Source: the human T2T-CHM13v2.0 reference genome, Homo sapiens. Taken from it: a stretch of 64,000 nucleotides of DNA. The translations under genes were made by a program, and so were the position numbers. The notes beneath the pieces were generated by a model. It made no database searches, was not told where the DNA came from, and saw only the letters and a list, made by a program, of their open reading frames with translations. The DNA lies in assembly GCF_009914755.1 (NCBI RefSeq), contig NC_060945.1; one strand, 5' to 3'. Every line of letters begins with the position of its first letter. Positions within the stretch are counted from its first letter, which is position 1. Positions 27,404 to 44,623 of this stretch are shown piece by piece.

Positions 27404-27939
27404 TGAAAAGAAACAGGAAACTTGCCAAATTGATGGAGAGAACAAACCACCCGACAGTGCACAAATTGCATCTGGGGCTCCTGGTTAAGACATCCTGGAG
27501 CAGAGAGGAGCAGGGGCAAAAGGGAAAAATCCCCAAGCCCACACAGGTGCACAAGTCCATGACCAATGTCCTTAAGCTGAACCATCCTCATTTTAATGCT
27601 AAAAACACACCCCTGGGTAGAGATTTCAGACGCTAATGAGACATGGGATGTATGTGCTAGCGTGTACAGCAATAGTGCATGGGCATCCAGGAGACCTCCC
27701 ATGGCATGCTTAACAACAATGCCCATTCCCACCCTTCATGAATAATCATGTAAGACTCCCGTAAAGGGAGCTTCCCCAGTGTCGGTGGGTGCTGTCTCAT
27801 TATCTCGAGCAGCCCACTCTGAACCTGCTATGAGAGTGTACTTTTCGCTTTGCAATAAACTACTTACTTTTGCTTTTGACTCACTCTCAAAATCTCTTAA
27901 GCAGCCAAGTCAAGAACCTGAACCAACCAACTGACAACA
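27404..27939 (+). mobile_element. ERV1-type solo LTR, subfamily not assigned
   Basis: catgaataatcatgtaagac; gagtgtacttttcgctttgcaataaa; gtcaagaacctg...acaaca 3' end; 5' boundary approximate. Confidence 0.65.
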
Positions 27940-28357
27940 TCAGGAGAAAGGGTTGATGTCGGGGGGAGGTTGGGAACTGAAATAGAGCAGTCCAAGCCTG
28001 AGCATGAGGGGCTGTGTGCCCGGGGAAAATGAAGAGCAGGGCTCGGGCACGTAATGAACCCTGTGTCAAGTGCCTGGGCAGAAGGCCCAACCCTTGCTCA
28101 CCAGCTCTGCCCCAAACACCTGGTCCAAGCCACCGCCGTCCTCTTCCTGGGCTGTTCTCCCTTCTTCCACTTTGTCCCGCCATTAGCCAGAGTGACCCCT
28201 TGGGAGCATGAAACTGGCACTGCCCTGCAGCTTCCCACCTTAGCAGGGAGGAAGCCAAGGCCCTGCCCTGTCACCTTCACCAAAGCCCCTGCTCCAATGC
28301 ACAGTGCCTCCTCCAGACTTTATGCCTGTCCATAGCACTCAGCTTCATCTCCACTTC

Positions 28358-30436
<2,079 letters not shown>

Positions 30437-30438
<2 letters not shown>

Positions 30439-32058
30439 TAAAGGGATCAAAGCAACAAGAAGAGCTAACTATCGTAAATATATATGCACCCAATACAGGA
30501 GCACCCAGATTCATAAAACAAGTTCTTAGAGAACTACAAAGACTTATACTCCCACACAATAATAGTGGGAGACTTTAACATACCACTGTCAATATTAGAC
30601 AGATCAATGAGACAGAAAATTAACAAGGATATTCAGGACTTGAACTTAGCTAGGGACCAAGTGGACTTAATAGACATCTACAGAATTCTCCACCCCAAAT
30701 CAACAGAATATACATTCTTCTCAGGGCCACATAGCACATATTCTAAAATCAACCACATAATTGGAAGTAAAACACTCCTTAGCAAATGCAAAAGAACAGA
30801 AATCATAACAAACAGTCTCTCAGACCACAGTGCAATCAAATTATAACTCAGGATTAAGAAACTCACTCAAAACTGCACAACTACATGGAAATTCAACAAC
30901 CTGCTCTTGAATGACTACTGGGTAAATAACAAAATTACGGAAAAAATAAAGAAGTTCTTTGAAACCAATGAGAACAAAGAGACAACATACTAGAATCTCT
31001 GGGACACAGCTAAAACGGTGTTAAGAGGGAAATTCATAGCACTAAATGCCCACATGAGAAAGTGGGAAAGATCCAGAATCCACACCTTAACATCACAATT
31101 AAAAGAACTAGAGAAGCAAGAGTGAACAAATTCAAAAGCTAGCAGAAGACAAGAAATAACTAAGATCAGAGCAGAACTGAAGGAGATAGAGATGTGAAAA
31201 ACCCTTCAAAAAATCACCAAATCCAGGAGCTGTTTTTTGAAAAAATTACCAAAATAGATGGACCACTAGCTAGACTAATAAAGAAGAAAAGAGAGAAGAA
31301 TCAAATAGACACAATAAAAAATGATAAAGGGGATATCACCACTGATCCCATAGAAATACAAACTAACCTCAGAGAATACTAAACACCTCTATCCCAATAA
31401 ACTAGAAAATCTAGAAGAAATGGATAAATTCCTGGACACATACACCCTCCCAAGACTAAACCAGGAAGAAGTCAAATCCCTGAATAGACTAATAAGTTCC
31501 GAAATTGAGGCGGTAATTAACAGCCTACCAACCAAAAAAAGCCCAGGACCAGATGGATTCACAGCCAAATTCTGCCAGAGGTACAAAGAGGAGCTGGTAC
31601 CATTCCTTCTGGAACTATTCCAAACAATAGAAAAAGAGGGACTCCTCCTTAACTCATTTTATGAGGCCAGCATCATCCTGATACCAAAACCTGGCAGAGA
31701 CACAACAAAAAAAGAAAATTTGAGACCAATATCCCTAATGAACATCAATGCCACCATCCTCAATAAATACTGGCAAACCAAATCCAGGAGCACATCAAAA
31801 AGCTTATCCACCACGATCAAGTCGGCTTCATCCCTGGGATGCAAGGCTGGTTCTATGTATGCAAGTCAATAAATGTAATCCATCACATAAACAGAACCAA
31901 TGACAAAAACCACATGATTATCTCAATAGATGCAGAAAAGCCTTCTATAATATTCAGCATCCCTTCATGCTAAATATTCTCAATAAGAAGTATTGATGGA
32001 ACATATCTCAATAAAAGCTATTTATGACACACCCATGGCCAATATCATACTGAATGGG
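30437..32058 (+). mobile_element. Inverted 5' segment of the same L1PA (ORF2 endonuclease to start of RT), disabled
   Basis: NIYAPNTGAPRFIKQ, GDFN, SDHSAIKL, SPGPDGF, RPISLMN, ending at ANIILNG; many stops and frameshifts. Confidence 0.97.
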
Positions 32059-32774
32059 TATGTGTGCTTCTTTTAGTGATGTTTTGCTCCTCCACTCAAC
32101 CCCACAACTGAGACATCCACTCCATGGGAGCAGAGCCCTCTCTGCTTTGTTCACTGCCGTATTCTCAGCTCCCAGAGCAAAGCCTGGCTTCAAGGAGTGC
32201 TAGGTGAGTGTTTATGTACTGAATGAGAGAAAGAATGAAGGAGCAACGAATGGTTTAATTCGTCCTCTGCGATCTCCCAAACAACTGCGAGCCACAGCTG
32301 AGATGCTGGACAGGCAAAAAAAGTGTTGGGAAGTCTGGGATCCCAGGAATATAGACTTCGAGGGAAAAAAGCTGATCACCTTGATGACAGTGGCCAAGAG
32401 ACATGCAAGAGGACCAGGGCGGGCAGAAGGGGGTGGGTGGGGCGACTGTTTGAGGGCTGCCCGGGGAAACCCCCTTCACACAGGCTTACACTAGGCTGAG
32501 AGTCCCCCAGCCCATGGTGCCCGGCTGGGCAGAGCTGGTACTGAAGCCCATTCCAACCAGCAGATGGTATTCCGTAGCCCACCTGCAAACCAGCCTGTTG
32601 GTGGCTTCGAGAAAATTAGAGTGGTCTTGCTGAGGGAGTCTTCCCTGATTCACGCTCTGTGGATTGGCCTGGCTGCTATGTCCTGCCAGGGCAGAAAGAG
32701 AGGTTTGACTTGAAGGGCTTTAAGACAAGTCAATGACCTCTTTAGGTGGGGCTCTGTCTCCAGCAGGGAAGCGA

Positions 32775-33725
32775 GGTGTGTGTGAGTGAATGCGTGTGAG
32801 CATGACAGTGTGCACATATGTAACAGTGTGTGTGTTTGAGTGTGTATGCGCATGTGAGAGTTGTGTGAGCATGACAGTGCACGTGTTTGTGTGTGTCCAT
32901 GAATGTGTGTATAAGTATATATATATGTGTCTTCATATGTGTGAAAATGTGCAAGAGTATAAGTGTGGGTAAGTTCTGAGTGTTGAGTGAATTCACACGT
33001 GTGTAAGAGTGTACGTGTGTGAGCACATACATGTGTGAGTGTGCACGTATGTGTGTGCGCATACACATGTGTACACACGAGTGTGTGAGTGTACGTGTGT
33101 GAGCATGCATATGTGTGTAAGTATACACATATGAGTGTTGACTACACATGTGTGTACATATGTGAGTGTGTGAGCATGTACACATGAGTGTAAGCATACA
33201 AATGTGTGTGACTACATGTGAGCATGTTAGTGTACACTTATGTGAGTGTACACGTGTGTGAGCATACACGTGTATGTCTGAGTGTATGCATGTGTGTACA
33301 CATCTGAGTGTGAGCATACAAATGTGTGTGACTGTACATGTGAGTGTGTAGGTGTACACGTGTGCAGTGTACACGTGTGCAATGTACACGTGAGTGTCAG
33401 CATACATATATGAGAGTACATGAGTGTGTGAGCATAGACGTGTGTGAGCATACACATGTCAGTGTGTGTATGCGTGTGTGTACACGTGTGTGAATGTACA
33501 CAGCTGTGAGTGTAAACGTGTGTGAGCATACACATGTGAGTATGTGTACATACGAGTGTGAGCGTGTGAACGCACACGTGTGTGTACGTGTGTACATATG
33601 CGTGTGAGTGTGTGTACAATGAGTGTGTGAGTGTATGCATGTGTGTGAGCGCACACGTAACTGTACGTGTTTGAGTGTACATATGTGAGTGTGTGAGCAT
33701 GTACACATGAGTGTGTGTGCACGTG
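32775..33725. repeat. Degenerate (TG)n-rich alternating purine-pyrimidine tract, about 950 bp
   Basis: Directly visible; recurring subunits gtgtgagcatacac and gtacacgtgt. Confidence 0.95.
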
Positions 33726-33929
33726 GAGCAGTGCAGCGGAGCAGGCAGGGGCCTGGCTCCCCTCCCCTTGACAGACTTGTCCGGATTTCATTCCTTGCAG
33801 GACTCTCCTGAGGATGGAGGCCCTTGTCACCGGGCATCTTGAAAGGACATCCTGCCATTGTTCACAGGACTCAACTACAGACTGCTCTTCCAGATCTTGA
33901 AATAAGTACCCCCTGGCCTGGCTCAGGAG

Positions 33930-34520
33930 CCTGCTAGGACCTGCACAAGATGGTGTGTGGACACAGCCCAAGGCTTCCCTTCCACGCGGTGGGAGGCCGA
34001 GGAGTGAGAAAGCGGAATTCCGCTGTGCAGGGGAGCTGACCGATGCACCCCGGGGGGACGCCGGCCAAGTGAATGGGGTCACTCCAAGGCCAGGGACTCT
34101 CCACATCTTCCATGGTGTGACCTGGATCCCCACACATGTGGTGTCAATCAAAACATTGCTCTAGCCCGGGGTGTTACTCCCTTCCTGGCCCCTGCGCTTT
34201 GTGTGCTTGGGCCGCATGCCCCGCCTCCCCACTCCACGAAGTGTGAGACAGCAAGACATGAACTTGCTTGATACCTGGTCCCCCTGACACGCAGCTGGAG
34301 CACGCAGCATCCCCACGTGTCCAGAGACTGCGGACAGCCATCCCCACGGCCACATTGACCCTTGCCCTGATGCAGGCAGCACCATCAACCTTCTCTCCAT
34401 GGCCACCTGTCTCCCCCGGAAAGGACACTGGAGAAGCATGTGTGCACACACATGTTTAGTTTGGGCGAAACGTGCTGCTGAAGCCCAAAGCACCACATAA
34501 TTCAAGGCGTTTATTTGTGG
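33930..34520. promoter_or_regulatory. GC/CpG-enriched patch (weak CpG-island-like)
   Basis: Local excess of CpG outside Alus (cacgcggt, agcggaattccgct, ccccggggggacgccggcc, gccgcatgccccgcc); function not demonstrated. Confidence 0.35.
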
Positions 34521-34761
34521 GGCCCAAGAATAGACAGAATGGCTGTGGAGTGCCTTGGCTCAGGTTTCCAGTAAAAAAAAAAAAAAAAAAAAAAAAGTCT
34601 GGGAACTTGTTCGTATAAAGGGGAATATTTATAGATGCTGAGGGAACCTCTTATTTTTTCTGATTCAGAATTTCCTGACATGATTTGGTGTATGTGGGAA
34701 AATTCCCACTTTAAAACCACAGAAATCTGGTAGTCATAAAGCCGTGTGCAGAAGATCAGAG

Positions 34762-35070
34762 CTCTACACCCAGGCATCTCATGTTTAAACTACAGAAAAT
34801 TAAAGGCACAGAGAAAATCCTGAAGCAAGCCAGACAGCAGGGAGGCACCTTACCTATACAGGAACAAAGATAAAAATTACATCAGACGTCTTTTCAGAAA
34901 CCATATAAGCAAGAAGAGAGTTATTTAAAGAGTTGAAAGAAGAAAAAAGAAATCACCAACTTAGACCTCTGTACCCAGTAAAATTATCCTTCAAAAGTGG
35001 AGGAAGAAAGACTTTCCCAGACAAAGACTGAGGAAATTTGTTTCAAGTAGATTTGCCTTGCAAGAACTGT
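34762..35070 (+). mobile_element. Old L1 (L1M) ORF1 C-terminal fragment
   Basis: Decayed translation: PRHLMFKLQKIKGTEKILKQAR..HLTYTGTKIKITSDVFSET..ARRE..RPLYPVKLSFKS..KTFPDK..LRKFVSSRFALQEL. Confidence 0.88.
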
Positions 35071-35074
35071 GTTT

Positions 35075-36610
<1,536 letters not shown>

Positions 36611-36665
36611 TGAATACATTATTTTTCATGTTGTTGAACTCTCTACAGTTAGGCCATAGAAATCT

Positions 36666-36966
36666 TGTTTTGTTTTGTTTTGTTTTTGAGAGAGTCTCTT
36701 TCTGTTGCCTAGGCTGGAGGGCAGGGGCACAATCTCGGCTCACTGCAACCTCCACTTTCTGGGTTCCAGAGATTCTCAGGCCTCAGCCTCCTGAGTAACT
36801 AGGACTACAGGTGTGTACCACTGCGCCCAGCTTATTTTTGTATTTTTAGTAAAGATGGAGATTTGCCATGTTTCCCAGGCTGGTATCAAACTCCTGACCT
36901 CAAGCAATCCACCCACGTTGGCCTCCCAAAGTGCTGAGATTACAGGCATGAGCCATCATGCCCAGC
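36666..36966 (-). mobile_element. Older Alu (AluJ/Sz-like)
   Basis: Diverged full dimer with (GTTTT)n tail. Confidence 0.92.
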
Positions 36967-37064
36967 AAAATATTGTATTTTAATTTAAATGGAGGGTCCG
37001 CTGTTACTTAAACTATCATTGAATAACAATGTTTAGAACAACAAAGACCATTTCTGTACACTAG

Positions 37065-37408
<344 letters not shown>

Positions 37409-37657
37409 ACCACAATACATTTTGATTGGTTTTAAAAAGTTGAGGGGAAACACCCCTTAACAACAACAATTCCCCACTCAAACATCATAATGTTGTTATT
37501 AGATTAGCCCTAAATTCATAGATTGATTTAGGGGAGTCGATATTTTGCAACCACTTTTTTTCTTATTTTGTAATTTTTAAAGACTTTATTGTTTTGTTTA
37601 AGATACTGTTTGTTGTTTAAACATTTCTAAATTTTATACAGTCAAAAGTTTTCCCTT

Positions 37658-37787
37658 GCATGCGGGGCTTAAAGCCTAGATGATGAGTTGATAGGTGCAG
37701 CAAACCACCATGGCACATGTATACCTGTGTAACAAACCTGCACGTTCTGCACATGTATCCCAGAACTTAAAGTAAAATTAAAAAAAC
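37658..37787 (+). mobile_element. Very short 5'-truncated L1PA (L1PA7-like) 3' end
   Basis: 130 bp of 3'UTR plus A tail; perfect TSD aagttttccctt at 37646-37657 / 37788-37799. Confidence 0.93.
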
Positions 37788-37825
37788 AAGTTTTCCCTTA
37801 ATGTCACATGCACCTGTACACACAG

Positions 37826-37859
<34 letters not shown>

Positions 37860-38084
37860 ACACACCCCACAATGCAGATGTAAGGTACTTTCAATTGTTA
37901 TGTCAGTACTTGAGGAAAATGTAAAAATAAAAAGAGCCACGATTTTAAAAACATTTTTAAAATAAATAAGTGAAGAAAGAAAAAATTGAGTGCACACCAA
38001 ATTTGTACATACAGAAAAGAGATCTAAATCATAAACACACAAAAGGAGGGCTGCTAATGTATCAGACAAGATTCAAACAAGAAG

Positions 38085-38455
38085 CAGTTCATCCTAAACC
38101 GTGCAGATGAAGAGATGTTGATGAAAGCGGTTTTCCAAGCAGTGGGTGGGGATAAGGAACTGACAGGGGATGGTGAGGCTCTCAGATGCCAGCAACAGGG
38201 GGATGACTGCCCTCCCCCACCTAGGCCCCAAGGAAGGAGGGAGGAAGTGGTGTCATCTGAGCCCAGCGGGGAGCTTTTGAGGGATGGATAAAACTGGTCC
38301 CCACCCTCTCTGGTCTTGTCTTCCTATTGACTACTGGTGCACAGGCAGCCACCAGCCATAGGGCCTGAGCAGTGCAGGCCAGAGGAGTTGGCCTCCTAGG
38401 CACAGAGCAGGCCCACAAAGGCTGCAAAACAAATTTGGAGAATGACCAGTTCACT
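38085..38455 (-). mobile_element. LTR33-like ERVL LTR remnant
   Basis: agggatggtgaggc...cagcaacaggggg...cccacctaggcc...gggcacagagcagg. Confidence 0.5.
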
Positions 38456-39099
38456 TGACTCTATTCGATTGAAAGAGTGTGTGTTATTGCATTCGTTCAT
38501 TCCCATGTGTATATCTAATAAACATCTATTGTACTTCTGCTGTATCTTACCATGGTTCCAGGTGCTTGGGATGCAGCAAAGGAAAAACAACCTGATGAGG
38601 CCTATGGACCACCAGAGCTTACATTCCAGTGACGGGCAAGGTCAGGTAACAAAAAGGAAGCAGAAGTTAGTGATGGTGGAAAAGGAGGAGGAAGAGGAGG
38701 AGATGACAAGGTCACAAGACTGGCTTTGGAGCTCTAGCAGGGCTGGCTCCCTCCTACCTCTGCAGGGACCTTTGGCTGTGGTCTCGGCAGGGCCTGACCC
38801 ACGACAGAACTTCGCTGGGAAGCAGCTTCAAAGCCCAGCATGGAGACAGTCGGCTCTGATAACAAGGCTTCTTTCCTTAACAGAGGCTTCTCTTTTTCCT
38901 GCCATCACTGGAGTCCCAGCCTGATGCAGAGAGGCTCTATTCATGCTGTGTTCATGCTGGCTGGCAGCAATGGCCAGAAAGGAAGCATCATGCCTTCTTC
39001 ACCATTGGAAGCCTTTTGTCTCTTGCTGTATGTGATCACTCCCCTGTCTTGCAAGTGGCTCACTGTGCTGAACTACTCAGCCTCCTTATTGCCTGATTC

Positions 39100-39330
39100 A
39101 GCATAGCACAAGGGTTTAGAGTGTGAATTCTGGTACTACACATACTAGCTGTGTGCCCTTGACCAAGTTTCTTACCCTCTCTGTGTCTCAGTTTCTTATC
39201 TGTAAAACAGGAATGCTAATATGTGGTACATGTCATATACGTTTGTTGTGGGGCCATGTGATCACATAGGTAAAGTGCTTACAGCAGTGCCTGGCTCACA
39301 GCAGAACCTAGATACATGTTTGCTAACAGC
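39100..39330 (+). mobile_element. MIR
   Basis: Core actagctgtgtgcccttgaccaagtttcttaccctctctgtgtctcagtttcttatctgtaaaa. Confidence 0.85.
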
Positions 39331-39378
39331 AATTTTCCTCTTGACAACATGGAGCTCTGGGGTAAAGAGACATGCCTA

Positions 39379-39674
<296 letters not shown>

Positions 39675-40419
39675 GCCATGCCTAGAAATCAAAGAGGTGA
39701 AGCAGATGCATGGAGATCCAGCCCAGCTGATGGGCATGCAGGAGGTGCAGCCAGGCTGGCACAGGCTGGCCAAGCAGAGTGTAATGACAGGCAGAAGGTA
39801 GACGGGACACTCAGGGGGCTCAGCACGTCTGCAAGAGGTAATGACAGCTACTGGGAAGCTGGTGTGGGCTGGAGACTGGGATCCAGGCTACCATTATTCT
39901 CTAAACCACGGGACCTCCTTGACTAGCCCTTCCTCTGGTGCTCAAGGGTGGGGCAGGGCTGAGCTGCAGGTTAAATGCTCCTCCTCTGGGGCTGAGCTGA
40001 GCTGGGTGTCATGCCGGTCACCTATAGAGGCAGGCACCACCAGCTCAGGTGGGATTGTCAATAAAGCCAATTCTCTAATGACCTTCACAGATGGGCCCAG
40101 GAGAAGTGAGACTGAAACATCCCAGGCTAGGCAGACACTTGGCAATACCAGGAAGTCGGCTGATCCTATCTTCTAGGCTCTTGGATATTCCTTTTCCATT
40201 GTCCTCATGTGCCTGGAGCTTCCATGCCGCCTCCTGGCTGGCCAGAGGCCTCTGGTTGATCATCCATCTGAGCCTGACTTCTCCCTCCTGGGCTTGTTTA
40301 AAAATAGTACTTTCCCCTGCTCCTTCCTCTCACGAGGCCCCTATTCCTGGATACTTATCAGCTGGGCCTTGGATGAAGATAAACTGATAGATTCATACTT
40401 TATGGAGTGGCTGACAGCC

Positions 40420-40940
40420 CTCAGGAACACGTGCTCGAGGGTAGCACACCTCAGCTCCACTGGCACAGAAGCAGCTGTGCTTGGGATCTTTCCAGATCTT
40501 GCCCTATGTATCCTTCATCTGTATGTTTATTTATATATTTTAAAATATCCTTTGTAATACACTGGTGAATATAAGTGTTTCTCTGAGTTCTGTGAGCAGT
40601 CGTAGCAATTTAATCAAACTCAAGGAGGGGGTCATGGAACCCCAATTTATAGCCAGTGAATCAAAAAGCACAGGCAAAATAACCTGGGGCTTGTGATTGC
40701 CCCAGAAGCAGAGGGCAGCCTTGTGGGACTGAGCCCTCACCCTATGGGGTCTGTCTTATGCTAGCTCCAGGTAGATGGCATCGGAACTGAACTGGAGGAC
40801 ACCAGTTGGTGTCTTGTTGCAGAACGGATTGCGTCCTTGGTGTGTGGGGAAAACCACACACACATTTGATCACAGAAGTCTTCTGTGTTTGTTGTTGTGG
40901 AGTGAGAGCAGAGGAAAACCAGATTGAGTTTCCCCCCATC
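40420..40940 (+). mobile_element. MER21-like LTR, 3' part
   Basis: gtgtttctctgagttctgtgagc; ggagggggtcatggaaccccaatttatagcc; gtgtggggaaaaccacacacacatttg. Confidence 0.75.
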
Positions 40941-41119
40941 AATTTCTAACCTCAGTTCCCCCTCAGTTAGGCATAGTGACCCAACACACATTTCTATCAA
41001 CAAGTAGATACAGAGGCACAGTGACCCAACGCACACATTTCAATAAATAGGTAGATGTTGGGCATAGTGAAGCAACATACACATTTCTTATGCACCTTAT
41101 ACACATATTCATCATGTAC

Positions 41120-41860
41120 CTAGCCTGCTTGGGCTGCTATAACAAAATACCCAGGTGGCTGGAGTGGCTTATTGATATGGTTTGGCTCTGTGTCCCTACC
41201 CAAATCTCATCTTGAATTGTAATCCCCACATGTCAAGGGAGGGACCTGGTGGGAGGTGATTGGATCATGGGGGGACAGTTTCCCCCATGCTGTTCTTGTG
41301 ACGGTGAGTGAGTTCTCACAAGATCTGATGGTTTTGTAAGTGTTTGGCAGTTCCTCCTTTGCTCTCTTTTCCTCCTGCCTTGTGAAGAAAGTTCTTGCTT
41401 CTCCTTCACCTTCCACCATGATTGTAAGTTTCCTGAGGCCTCCCCAGCTGTGCAGAACTATGAGTTAATTAAACCTCCTTTATTTATAAAGTACCCAGTC
41501 TCAGGTATTCCTTATAGCAGTGTGAAAACGGACTAATACACTTACAAATAGCATAATTAATTTCTCACGGTTTTGGGGACTGAGAAGTCCAAGATCAAGG
41601 TACCAGCAGATTCTGTGTCTGGTGAGGGCCTGCTTCCTTGTTCATAGATGGTGCTTTCTAGTTGTGTCCTCACATGGTGGAAGGGGAAAACTCTGTTCTC
41701 TTTAGTCCTTTATAAGGGCACTAATCCCACTGATGAGGGCCCCACCCTCATGACCTAATTACCTCCCAAAGGTTATACTTGTTAATTCCATCACACTGGG
41801 GATTAGGCTTAGGCTTTACCATATGAATTTTGGGGGCAACAAACATTCAGACCATAGCAT
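41120..41860 (-). mobile_element. MLT1A/MST-like LTR hosting a THE1 insertion
   Basis: gcttgggctgctataacaaaatacc ... aagtccaagatcaagg ... aacattcagaccatagca. Confidence 0.75.
41173..41540 (+). mobile_element. THE1 (THE1D-like) solo LTR
   Basis: tgatatggtttggctctgtgtcc ... ggactaataca; TSD cttat/cttac. Confidence 0.93.
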
Positions 41861-42638
41861 ATCATAAATGTACAGTTCAATGAATCACCATAAAATGAAT
41901 ACACTCATGTAACCACAATCCAGGTGAAGAAATGGAACCTTATCATTATCTTCAGCCTTCCTCCCCACCTCCACTCTGTGATCGCTACCCCTTCCTTCTC
42001 CCATGACTTCTAACACCACAGATTAGTGTCTGAACATAAGGTATTTGTCTTGTTTTGAGTCTGGCATCCTTCCCCCTATGTCATGTTTTGGCTTAGAGCA
42101 GTCATTCATTCAGTCACTTAAGTATTCCATATATGAATATATCACTATTTGTCTATTCATTCACTTGCTAATGGATATTTGGGTTGTTTCATCTTTCAGC
42201 TTTCAATAAATAATGCAGCTATGAACATTCTTGCTTATGTCTTTCCATAAACCTATATACAGGTGTGACTTTAGTAGATACTACCAAACAGTTTTCCAAA
42301 GGGGTGTACAGTTTTTCCCTTCTAGCAGCGTGTGAGAGTTCCAGTTGCTCCATATCCTTCAATAAATGATATTGTCAGTCTTTTTAAATGTAGCTTTTCT
42401 GATGGGTAAGGATGGTTTTTCTTATGGTTTAATTTGCATTTGTCTGCTGAATAGTGAGGCTCCACATCTTCTTGTTTGTTTTTATGTTTATTAGGGTAGC
42501 CTCTTTTATGAAGTGCCTGATCCATTTTCTTACCCATCATTTTCCTTTGGATTGTCTTTTTGCTATTGTTTAAGTAGAAGGGTTCTTTATACAAGTCCTT
42601 CCTTACATCTTATCCTACACTGTGGCTTTCCACTCTCT

Positions 42639-42724
42639 CTCTTTTGTTGAGACAGGGTCTCACTATGTTTCCCAGGCTGGTTTTGAACTCCTGAGCTCAA
42701 GCAATCCTCCCACCTCAGCCTCTT
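42639..42724 (-). mobile_element. Truncated FLAM/Alu monomer
   Basis: gagacagggtctcactatgtt...cctcagcctc flanked by direct repeat tttccactctct. Confidence 0.8.
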
Positions 42725-42851
42725 TTCCACTCTCTTAATAGTGTTTATTGATGAACAGAAACTCAGTTTTTGTAAAATCCAGTAAATCAGTATTTTCCAC
42801 TGTGGTTATTGTTTTAGGTGTCTTGTTTAAGAAAATTTTGCTTATTCCTAG

Positions 42852-43345
<494 letters not shown>

Positions 43346-43961
43346 ATCTTTTTTTATAAATCAAAAACAAGTGTTTATATATATGTGATTCTGTTCCTGG
43401 ATGTTCCATCATTAGATTTGCCTCTGTGCCAGTAACATGCTACCTTAATTACTGTAGCTTAATAATAAGTCTTGATTGACAGTACGGTAAGTTCCTAGGG
43501 TAACTCTTTGTTCTTGTTCTTCAAGGTTGTCTTGACTTTTCTTAAACTTTTGAACTTCTTTACACATTTTAGAATCAGCTTATGAATTTTCACAAATATC
43601 TACCTAGATTTTGATTTTTGGTTGCATTTAATCTACACTTTCATTGCATTAATTCATTTGGGGAGAATAGATATCTTTATGCTATTGACTCTTCCAATCT
43701 ACAATATAACATATACCTTCATTTATTTAGACCTTCTTAATAATATTTTATGTTTTTCTATGTGGAGGTCTTATATATCTTTTGTTATATTTATTCCTAT
43801 GTATTTAATATATTTGATCCTATCATCAATGGTACAGTTTAAAATATTTATTTTCTAATTATTTATTACTAGTATATAAGTACTATTGATTATTGATTTT
43901 TTAAAATAATGATCTAGTATTCAGTAAAATCTAAATTTACTTCCAAAAATATTCTGGGCAT

Positions 43962-44425
43962 CTGGATTTGTTTCCTAGGCTGCTACAACAAAGTATCACA
44001 AACTTGGTGGCTTAAAACAACACACATTTATTCTCTCACAGTTGTAGAGGCCAGAAGCCCCCAAACCAGGTGTTGACAGAGCCACACTTCCTCTGAGGGC
44101 TCTGGGGGAACATCCTTCCTTGCCTCTTCCAGCTTCTGGTGGCCCCAGGAGTTCCTTGGCTTGTGGAAGCCTCACTCCTGTCTCTTCCTCTGTTTTCACG
44201 TGGCTGCTTCTACGTACCTCTGTGTCTCAAACCTCCCTCTCCTTTCTCTTATAAGGATACTCATCAGTGGGTTTAGGCCCATCCTACATCCAGGCTGATC
44301 TCATTTTGAGATCCACAACAATAGCAAAGATACTATTTCCAAAGAAGGCTACATTCACAGGTACAGGGAGTTAGGACTTGGATGTAGATACGGCCAATTG
44401 AGAGATACAATTCAACACACAGTAG
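43962..44425 (-). mobile_element. MLT1C/D-like LTR
   Basis: tttcctaggctgctacaacaaagtatcacaaacttggtggcttaaaacaacac ... acaattcaacacacagta. Confidence 0.8.
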
Positions 44426-44531
44426 CATCCAAGCAAATATATGTATTTGCTCTGTTCTTCACCCAAGTGGTCACTGTTCCATACCTTGCTTTCATTCACT
44501 TAGCAATGTGCCTCCAAGATTGTTCTGTATC

Positions 44532-44623
44532 ACCCGGGAGGCGGAGCTTGCAGTAAGCTGAGATCGTGCCACTGCACTCCAGCCTGGGCGACAGAGGGAG
44601 ACTCCGTCTCAAAAAAAAAAAAA
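44532..44623 (+). mobile_element. 5'-truncated AluY (about 90 bp)
   Basis: cccgggaggcggagcttgcagt...A13; flanking repeat aagattgttctgtatcaccc at 44516-44535 / 44622-44641. Confidence 0.93.

Noticed and set aside
32650-33858. His/Thr-rich ORFs up to 237 aa
   Set aside because: Translation of the (CA/TG)-rich tract.
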